From an uncultured Candidatus Saccharibacteria bacterium (GTDB taxonomy: Bacteria; Patescibacteriota; Minisyncoccia; UBA6257; 1-14-0-10-44-23), in NCBI GenBank assembly GCA_964549935.1, contig CAZJVT010000003.1, positions 159,501-223,500 of the forward strand: a stretch of 64,000 bases of DNA. The letters are read 5' to 3'. The notes below the pieces were generated by a model that worked only from the letters and a program-made list of their open reading frames with translations, was not told where the DNA came from and ran no database searches. The position numbers and the translations under genes are program-made. Positions 35,271 through 42,134 of this stretch are shown here, piece by piece; positions within the stretch are counted from its first letter, which is position 1; every line of letters starts with the position of its first letter.

Positions 35271-37541
35271 ATGTTCAGCTTCATCAAGACCGGCTTCGGG
35301 ACCCGAGAAAGCCAGCGGGGTTTCGCCGCCGCGACCGTCCTGAGCGGGATCCTCCTCGCCGGCCTCGCCGCCGGCGTCATGTATTCGGGCTGGTCGTCGA
35401 CTCAGCGCACCACCGCCTCCCTGACCAAGTCGTCCAACAACGACTCGCTGATGTCGCAGGTCCGGGCGGCGATCATCTCGGAGCACGCCGATCTCGACGG
35501 CGACGGCACGCCGGAAGGTCCGGCGCCGCTGACCGGGGTCACGCCCATCCCGACTGGCGGCGGGCAGATCCCGGCGAGCTCGAAGGCGCCGAAGACCGAT
35601 GGCTGGGGCACCGCCTTCGGCTATTGCGCCTTCAAGAACGGCTCCGGCGCCGATCGCGCCGGATACATCCGGAACACGGCGACCTCGACCGGCGGCGAGA
35701 TCAGCTTCGCGATCATCTCCGCCGGCTCCGACAAGACGATCCAGACCACCTGCGCGCAGGCACTGACCCAGTCGGCGCAGGGCGACGACAAGCTCGCCAC
35801 ATACTCGCTCGCCGACGTGACGCTGTCTGGCGTCACCTTCAGCGGGGCCGGCTCGGGCACCAACTCCACCGACGTCCAGAACAAGCAGGTCGCCTGCGTC
35901 GCGAGCGGGAAGCTCTACGCAGGCGTCGGCGCGACCGGAGCGGATGCGAACGGCTGCATCGCGCCGGCCGGTTCCGGCGGCGGCATCGTCACCGACGCGC
36001 AGGGCCGCCTGGCGGTCTCCTGCACGCATATCTCGCAGCTCGTGACCAATCCGAGCGACGGCGAGTACATGCTCCTCGGCGTTCCGACCGACGGGTCGCT
36101 GCCGGCGATGTATCCGACGGAATGCGACTTCACCACCTGGGGTGGGAAGTGGACGATGGTCGCGAAGTACGACCCGACAGCGGCCTGCCCGGCCACGATG
36201 AAGGCTGGCGGCGTCTGCTCGGCGCCGTCGGACGGCATCGACCTGATGAACATGAGCCGGATCTCGAACGACATGACGTCGGTCCGGGCTCTCACGAACG
36301 CGCTTCGCTACCTGAAGCCGTTCAGCGAGATCATGATGAAGGACGCGAACGGGTCCTTCATCGTCTGGAACTGCGGCGGGAACCAGAGCCGGTCATGGTA
36401 CGAGCGCTACCTCGTCTATGGCGGAGCCGAGACCTGCTCGATCAGCAGCTCGACCTTCCATAATGGCGGGACCAAGTCGCTCAACACGCTGACGCCGAGG
36501 TTCCAGGTCAACCTGACCGGATTCCGGGAGCTGACTTCGACGCCGTTTTCCTGGTGGTCCTGTCCCGCCTACTCGAATTGCGACGGCGACTGGACCATCC
36601 GGACGACGGTGCAGCGCGACTATCCGGGATATTCGGGCAACTACTATTTCAATGCCGGCTATGTCTACATGCCGGCGCGCGGGACCAACGGCGTGGCCGA
36701 CTGGTACCTCAAGGTCTGCGATCTCTCGACGCTTGAGACGCGTGACGTCGTCTCGCCGATCGGCGGCACCTACGCGAATGGGTGCCAGGCGAGCTGGATC
36801 AGCACCTTCCGGGGACCGTGGAGCTTCACGTCCGGCCCGCGTCACGACTGGAGCTACGCCGTCGACTATCCCGGCGACGAAAACAACATCCTTCCCAGCC
36901 TGGCGCATCTCGCCACGCAGCCGCGGCCGAACCAGAACTGGGCACCGGACTATCAGCTCACGATTGTCTCGCCCGCGGCCATCAACGGCACCGGCTGGCA
37001 TCAGCGACTGAACTTTTCGGCACCGAATCCGTCCGACAGCAACAACGTCTGCAATTTCGGCTATGGCCAGTACGACGCCTACTGGGGCAACGGCGCCGCT
37101 GCCGCGGGAGTCTTCTTCCGACCTACCAGCTATCTCGTCTACGGCAACGGCACGCTCTCGAGCGTCCAGATGGGCTACGCCGGTCCGTGGCAGGATGCCT
37201 ATGCCTACTGGGAGTTCACCGGCGGCACCGGACAGAACTTCGCCATCCCCGGCTATGTCGACCTCAAGTATTCGATGATCAACGGCTCGGGCAACGGGCG
37301 GTCGATCTGTGCCGGTACCCGCAAGCTCTACTGGGGGTACCTGCATCAGGATGGCTACTGCGTCTTCCAGCAATACAAGGACTTCCATGCTTCCGGATAC
37401 TGGATGTGGCAGGACGGATGCCAGGCCCAGCAGGCTTTCAACAAGACCGAGACCGCGTTCAACGCGCTGCCGGGAAGCGTGCCCCTGGGGTTCGTGAAGT
37501 CCTTCATGCCGACGGACATCCGGAAGATCTATATCCGGTGA
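35271..37541 (+). CDS. Large pilin-like protein (756 aa): N-terminal prepilin-type segment RG|FAAATVLSGILLAGLAAGVMY, Cys-rich middle, Trp/Tyr-rich C-terminal domain. Putative tip adhesin / initiator minor pilin (PilV/TcpB/CofB analogue).
   Basis: SD AAGAGG 7 nt before ATG 35271. Multiple Cys pairs. Aromatic-rich C-terminus suggests carbohydrate binding. Confidence 0.65.
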   Translation: MFSFIKTGFGTRESQRGFAAATVLSGILLAGLAAGVMYSGWSSTQRTTASLTKSSNNDSLMSQVRAAIISEHADLDGDGTPEGPAPLTGVTPIPTGGGQIPASSKAPKTDGWGTAFGYCAFKNGSGADRAGYIRNTATSTGGEISFAIISAGSDKTIQTTCAQALTQSAQGDDKLATYSLADVTLSGVTFSGAGSGTNSTDVQNKQVACVASGKLYAGVGATGADANGCIAPAGSGGGIVTDAQGRLAVSCTHISQLVTNPSDGEYMLLGVPTDGSLPAMYPTECDFTTWGGKWTMVAKYDPTAACPATMKAGGVCSAPSDGIDLMNMSRISNDMTSVRALTNALRYLKPFSEIMMKDANGSFIVWNCGGNQSRSWYERYLVYGGAETCSISSSTFHNGGTKSLNTLTPRFQVNLTGFRELTSTPFSWWSCPAYSNCDGDWTIRTTVQRDYPGYSGNYYFNAGYVYMPARGTNGVADWYLKVCDLSTLETRDVVSPIGGTYANGCQASWISTFRGPWSFTSGPRHDWSYAVDYPGDENNILPSLAHLATQPRPNQNWAPDYQLTIVSPAAINGTGWHQRLNFSAPNPSDSNNVCNFGYGQYDAYWGNGAAAAGVFFRPTSYLVYGNGTLSSVQMGYAGPWQDAYAYWEFTGGTGQNFAIPGYVDLKYSMINGSGNGRSICAGTRKLYWGYLHQDGYCVFQQYKDFHASGYWMWQDGCQAQQAFNKTETAFNALPGSVPLGFVKSFMPTDIRKIYIR

Positions 37542-37677
37542 CAGACCGGCCGGCCGGTTCCACCGCTCTTGAACCGGCCGGCTGACGTCGAAAAGGCTTG
37601 ACACCGTCGTTTCTTCCTTGCCCCGTGTAAAACTGTCCGCTATATGCTTTAGGCGACAGAATCATACGGAGCAGACG

Positions 37678-38451
37678 ATGACCACGCATCCCAGCACCCC
37701 GGAGGCTCAAGCCCAGGTGGCTCGGACCTGCGTCGTTCGCTTCTTCCAGACTTTGAAGCCCGAAAACGGACCGCTGAACGAGCTGCCGCCGGTCCTGGCT
37801 AAGCTTCGGACCGCCGCGTTGGCCGCTGGGCTCCTGGGCGCTCTCGGCGCCCATCCGGGTCCCGCGCATGCCGGCGATCCCGCCTCGCAGCTCCGGCTGA
37901 GGGTTGTCGCCGCTGCCGCGATGCAGGGTCTCGTCGCCGACCGGTCCGGACTTCTGCTCGATCTCGAGCTCGCCGAGGCGGCCGGGCGAGCTCAGGCGGC
38001 GCTCCTGGACAAGGGCCCGGGCTCCAGCTCCGGCTGGGCGTCCCGAGACCGCGCGATCGAGGCCAAGACCGGCTACGTGGCGTCGGCGCGGATGCCTGTC
38101 GTGACCTGGCGGAAGGAGTTTCGCGAGTCAGCCGTGCCGGACGCGCGACCGGGCGAGGAATGCGCGGTTCTGGTCACTGCATTCACCGGCTTCCCTGGCG
38201 GCAAGCCCGCCGACATCGCGACGCTGTTCTGCCGGGGGCGCGAAGGCTGGCGCCTGGTGGACATGGGCGACTGGGCGAGGGTCTACGAGTCCCTCCGGGA
38301 TGCGGGGGCCGAGATGCGGAATGCCGCTGCTTCGCCGGCGCCGGTCCATACCGGCGAAAGCGGGGAGCCCTGCCTGGAGACCTCCGAGGAGATCCAGGTC
38401 GGCGGCCGCACGGAGACCGCGTTCGGCATCGCCTGCCGCATGCCGTCGTAA
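37678..38451 (+). CDS. Secreted hypothetical protein, paralog of 39652..40360
   Basis: N-terminal VVRFFQTLKP motif then hydrophobic AALAAGLLGALGA; C-terminal block GEECAVLVTAFTGFPGG ... GWRLVDMG. Confidence 0.6.
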   Translation: MTTHPSTPEAQAQVARTCVVRFFQTLKPENGPLNELPPVLAKLRTAALAAGLLGALGAHPGPAHAGDPASQLRLRVVAAAAMQGLVADRSGLLLDLELAEAAGRAQAALLDKGPGSSSGWASRDRAIEAKTGYVASARMPVVTWRKEFRESAVPDARPGEECAVLVTAFTGFPGGKPADIATLFCRGREGWRLVDMGDWARVYESLRDAGAEMRNAAASPAPVHTGESGEPCLETSEEIQVGGRTETAFGIACRMPS

Positions 38452-38477
38452 CAGCGAAGTTCCTGGAAAATGCCTGA

Positions 38478-38508
38478 GGGCGGCGGATCGATCCGCCGCC
38501 CTTCTTCA
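38478..38508 (+). terminator. Rho-independent terminator: perfect 24-bp palindrome GGGCGGCGGATCGATCCGCCGCCC followed by TTCTTC
   Basis: Read directly, 27 nt after stop of 37678..38451. Confidence 0.6.
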
Positions 38509-38602
38509 TGCCGGCGCGCAGCCCCATGCAAGGGGCTTTGGCGCTTTCTTGGAACGCATGATAAACTGTATTCGCACTTATATTCACCAGGAGCCGTTCG
38601 TC

Positions 38603-38935
38603 ATGACCCTGCACAACGCCAACGCCCTGCCGATGAAAGGCACCTATCGCTCGGTGCCCCTGGCTCTCGGCTGCGCGCTCGCGATCAGCGCCGAGGCCGG
38701 CGCGGCCGTCCTGGGCTACGAGGACGAGCGGTTCAAGGATACGACCCGGGTCCTGCTCTATACCGCGAGCAACAAGATGGTGGCGCAGCTGAAATCGGGC
38801 CGCGCGATCGATCTGGGCGAGGTCGATGTCCAGACCGCGGAGGACATCAAGGGCCTTCGCACCCTCGTCATCTCCCGTCCAGGCGAGAACGCCGGCGAGC
38901 TCGACAGCCAGTTCGTCAGCATCCGACGCATCTAG
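38603..38935 (+). CDS. Small secreted protein (110 aa)
   Basis: SD AGGAG 8 nt before ATG; signal peptide LALGCALAISAEAGAA. Confidence 0.55.
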   Translation: MTLHNANALPMKGTYRSVPLALGCALAISAEAGAAVLGYEDERFKDTTRVLLYTASNKMVAQLKSGRAIDLGEVDVQTAEDIKGLRTLVISRPGENAGELDSQFVSIRRI

Positions 38936-38966
38936 GCCGTTTCCCCAGGTCCAAAGGAGACCTCCG

Positions 38967-39641
38967 ATGAGCACCGCCAACGCCTTCGTCGCCAGCTTCT
39001 TCGCCGGACTCCGTGCCGAGCCCCTCAAGGCTGCCGACAGGGAGTCCGAGAGCCGCACGCCGATCCTCGATCGCCTGCGCGGCGTGGTCGCCGTGGCCAT
39101 CGTCGCCGCGGTCCTGGCACCGACCGGTGCCCAGGCCCAGTCCCTCGGCATCAATACCCCGACGATCATGGGCATCCTCGGCGCCGCCGGCGGCGCATGG
39201 GGCGGCAGCCAGATCGGCCGCGGCGCCGGCAAGACCGCGGCGATCGCCGTCGGCACGCTGCTCGGTAGCGGCCTCGGATGGGAGGCTGGGAAGTACCTGG
39301 ACTCCCAGGGCGAGGCGGCGAAGGTCGCCCTTTCCCAGGCTCAGCTCGGTCAGCGCGTCGCCTGGCAGGACCAGGGCGCGTCCGGCTACTTCATGCCGAT
39401 CCGCGAAGGCGTCTCGATGCAGACCGGGCTGCAGTGCCGCGAGTACCAGACCGAGATCGTCGTGGGCGGGCAGCGCCAGGCCGGCTACGGAACCGCCTGC
39501 CTGCAGCCGGACGGCCACTGGCAGATCGTTTCCTCGGGCCAGGCTCGCCAGGGCGCCCAGTACAATCCGGCGCCGGCCTACGGACAGCCGATGCCTACCT
39601 ATGCCGGCCAGACCGGAATGAGCTACGGCTCGCGCTACTAG
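38967..39641 (+). CDS. Glycine-zipper membrane/surface protein (17-kDa-antigen / SlyB-like Gly-zipper) with Gln/Tyr-rich C-terminus
   Basis: GILGAAGGAWGGSQIGRGAGKTAAIAVGTLLGSGLGW; SD AAAGGAGA; N-terminal FVASFFAGLR motif. Confidence 0.6.
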   Translation: MSTANAFVASFFAGLRAEPLKAADRESESRTPILDRLRGVVAVAIVAAVLAPTGAQAQSLGINTPTIMGILGAAGGAWGGSQIGRGAGKTAAIAVGTLLGSGLGWEAGKYLDSQGEAAKVALSQAQLGQRVAWQDQGASGYFMPIREGVSMQTGLQCREYQTEIVVGGQRQAGYGTACLQPDGHWQIVSSGQARQGAQYNPAPAYGQPMPTYAGQTGMSYGSRY

Positions 39642-39651
39642 GTCCTCGAGA

Positions 39652-40360
39652 GATGACCGAAGCGGTACGCGATCGAACCTCCGCGAGCGACCGGGGAGCC
39701 GCAAGCGCCCTGGTCGCTTCCTTCTTCCGGCACCTGCGACCTGTTGACGATGCTCTCCCGCGGGTCCTGCGCCGGCTCCGCATCGCCGCTCTCGCGATCG
39801 GCCTGCTGTCGACCACGGCCTTCTCGACGTCATCCGTGGCGGATGCCGGGCCCGGCGACGGGCTCAGGCTCGCGACCGCGGCCGCCCTCCAGGCCGTCAC
39901 CGGCGAGCGGGACGGCATGACCTTCGACCTCGATGCCCTCGACGCAGCAAGCCGGGCGCATATGGCTCTCCTCGAAACGGTGTCGAGCGGCCGGACCGGT
40001 GCCGCAAGGGCCTGGACAGGCGACGACGGCCGGACCAGCGGCAAGACGCTGCTCGCGTCCGTGTCTCGTATCGGACAGGGCAAGAGCTTCGAGGACGGGA
40101 AGGACAGAAGCGGCGCGGAATGCGCGGCCTTGATATCGGCGGCCAGCTTCAGCGGCCGTGGCCCCATGGTCTCGGCGACACTCGTCTTTTGCAGGGCGTC
40201 GGGCGAAAGATGGGAGCTCGTGGATGCGGGCTCCAATGTCTCGACTCTTCAGGAGCTGCACAAGAAGCTCGCCGATGCTCTCGCGCGCCCGGACCTGCCG
40301 CGTGCGAGTGCCGAGGCGACCAGCCAGTCCGGCATGTCCGGCATCGGCAGCAGTCTCTGA
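39652..40360 (+). CDS. Secreted hypothetical protein, paralog of 37678..38451
   Basis: LVASFFRHLRP motif then LRIAALAIGLLS; C-terminal GAECAALISAASFSGRG ... RWELVDAG. Confidence 0.6.
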
Positions 40361-40402
40361 AATCGAAGTCGTAGCTTTCGGTCAGCCGCTTCGCCGCAAG
40401 CG

Positions 40403-42127
40403 TCAGCCGGCGAGGCCACCGGCCAACTCGGCATCGACGACGGGCGCCGACCCGGTGCTCTCGATCATGGCGAGCGTTCTCCTGCCGGCCGGATCCATCG
40501 CTGCCAGCAGATCCTCGGCCAGGTTCCTTGCCGTCGAATTCCGGAGATGATCGACCAGCGTCCTGCCCGCCGCGACGACGGCGCGATCGATGTCAGAAAT
40601 CGACAGCCGGTCCGCGTGCGGGACCCGAAGCATGGCAATCCTGGCGGCCGCCTCGAGATCCTCGGAATGGCGCCAGGACCGCTCGACGTCCAGAAGCTCC
40701 CTCGGCGACAGCGCGTGCCAGCTCCGGCCCTTCGCCGTGAGCCTCATGCTCTCGTCGACGAGACGGAGCTCGGCGAAGCGTTCCGCGTGGTCGACCCAGG
40801 TGCTCGGCGAACCCAGCCTCATCGGCGGGCCCTGGAGCCGTTCGAGGCAGGGGCCTCTGGTCAGGGCGACGAAGACCGACTCCTGGATATCGTAGCCACG
40901 GAACCCAGGAGCGATCGCGAGCTGGCTCTGAACCTGCGATCTCGTTCCAGCGGGCGTGACCTGGCGCTTCAGCGGGATCTCTCCCGATGAGCCGAGGGCC
41001 GCTGGCCAGGGAACCCGAATGACGGCGACCTCCTGGACATGAGCCGCGATCGCGTCATAGGCGAGGCGATAGACGATCGAATGGCATTTGCGGCGGAGAT
41101 CGGCGCCGATTTCAGGAATGAAAGGTGCCGGGGCGATCGGATGGAGGGCCTCATGGACCTGGAGGCGATCCATGGGAAGGAATGCGCCTCCCCGAAGCTG
41201 CATCATGTCGCAAAGCCGGTCGAAGGTGTCTTCCGCGAGCTGGCTCGACATCGTCCTTGGATAGGAGATGAGGCCGTCCTGATACAGCTCCTGAAGGGAA
41301 GCCATGATCGACGGATGCGGTGCGAACGTCTCTCGCTTGATCGCGTCGATCGCCGAATCCAGCGCCGGCATGGGCGAGGGGTTTGGAGATCTCTCTCCTT
41401 CCAACGGAGGCATTGCGCTGCCGTCGGCGATCGCCAGCAGCCTGGTCGCCCTGTCGCGGCCGGCAACGGGAATGGTGGCGGAAAAGTCAGGACCTCCGGA
41501 GGCAGATCTCCTCCGTATCGTCACCTCGCCTATCGGGAGCCTTTCGTCATGGGCGGCACCAAGCAAGGCGGTAAGGACCCGGCCGACGGCAATGCCGCGT
41601 CCCGTGCTCCTGTGACGGCTGGAATAGGTCGCCCCGAGGAGGCGGTCGTGCGCGCTCCTGGCAAACCCAGGTATGGCTGCGCCAGGATTGAAGATCTCGG
41701 CGACCTCTAGGGCTCGCCTGATGGACCGCGTATCGATCGAGGAGGGCCGGACCCGGTAGATCGGGCCCCGGAACCCCGATTGAAGCAAGGACCTGGCGGC
41801 GTCCGCGGCGATGACCTCTCCCTCGTCGTCAGCGTCCGTCATCAGCAGGACGGCATGACGATTGACCGCGGCCGATACGATCGCATCGAGCCGATCCTGC
41901 TTGCGCGGCGACCTCGCATGCTCGATGCCCTCGGCGTCGATGCCGACGAGCGACAGGTCGCGGGGACTCGCCATGAGATGGCCCATGGTCGCGACGATCC
42001 ACGGCAGCGTTCCGCCCCAGAGTTCGTTCGCGATTGTCCGGAAGGCGTTTCTCATGGCCTGGAGCTGCCCGAACGACTCGATGACCACGAGCGGAGAGAC
42101 CGGTCCCCGCAGATCGTGAAGCCTCAC
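40403..42127 (-). CDS. Topoisomerase IA-like Toprim-domain protein (short, divergent)
   Basis: LVVIESFGQ ... ATMGH ... LMTDADDEGE (Toprim DxD) and active-site-like GLISYPRT (compare GxITYxRTD). Confidence 0.65.
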   Translation of the reverse strand: MRLHDLRGPVSPLVVIESFGQLQAMRNAFRTIANELWGGTLPWIVATMGHLMASPRDLSLVGIDAEGIEHARSPRKQDRLDAIVSAAVNRHAVLLMTDADDEGEVIAADAARSLLQSGFRGPIYRVRPSSIDTRSIRRALEVAEIFNPGAAIPGFARSAHDRLLGATYSSRHRSTGRGIAVGRVLTALLGAAHDERLPIGEVTIRRRSASGGPDFSATIPVAGRDRATRLLAIADGSAMPPLEGERSPNPSPMPALDSAIDAIKRETFAPHPSIMASLQELYQDGLISYPRTMSSQLAEDTFDRLCDMMQLRGGAFLPMDRLQVHEALHPIAPAPFIPEIGADLRRKCHSIVYRLAYDAIAAHVQEVAVIRVPWPAALGSSGEIPLKRQVTPAGTRSQVQSQLAIAPGFRGYDIQESVFVALTRGPCLERLQGPPMRLGSPSTWVDHAERFAELRLVDESMRLTAKGRSWHALSPRELLDVERSWRHSEDLEAAARIAMLRVPHADRLSISDIDRAVVAAGRTLVDHLRNSTARNLAEDLLAAMDPAGRRTLAMIESTGSAPVVDAELAGGLAG

Positions 42128-42134
42128 GCGCCCC

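Noticed and set aside
35271-37541. Shufflon (invertible segments) at the 3' end of the adhesin-like pilin gene
   Set aside because: No 19-bp sfx-like inverted repeats or alternative C-terminal ORF fragments were visible downstream. A terminator follows after one more gene.
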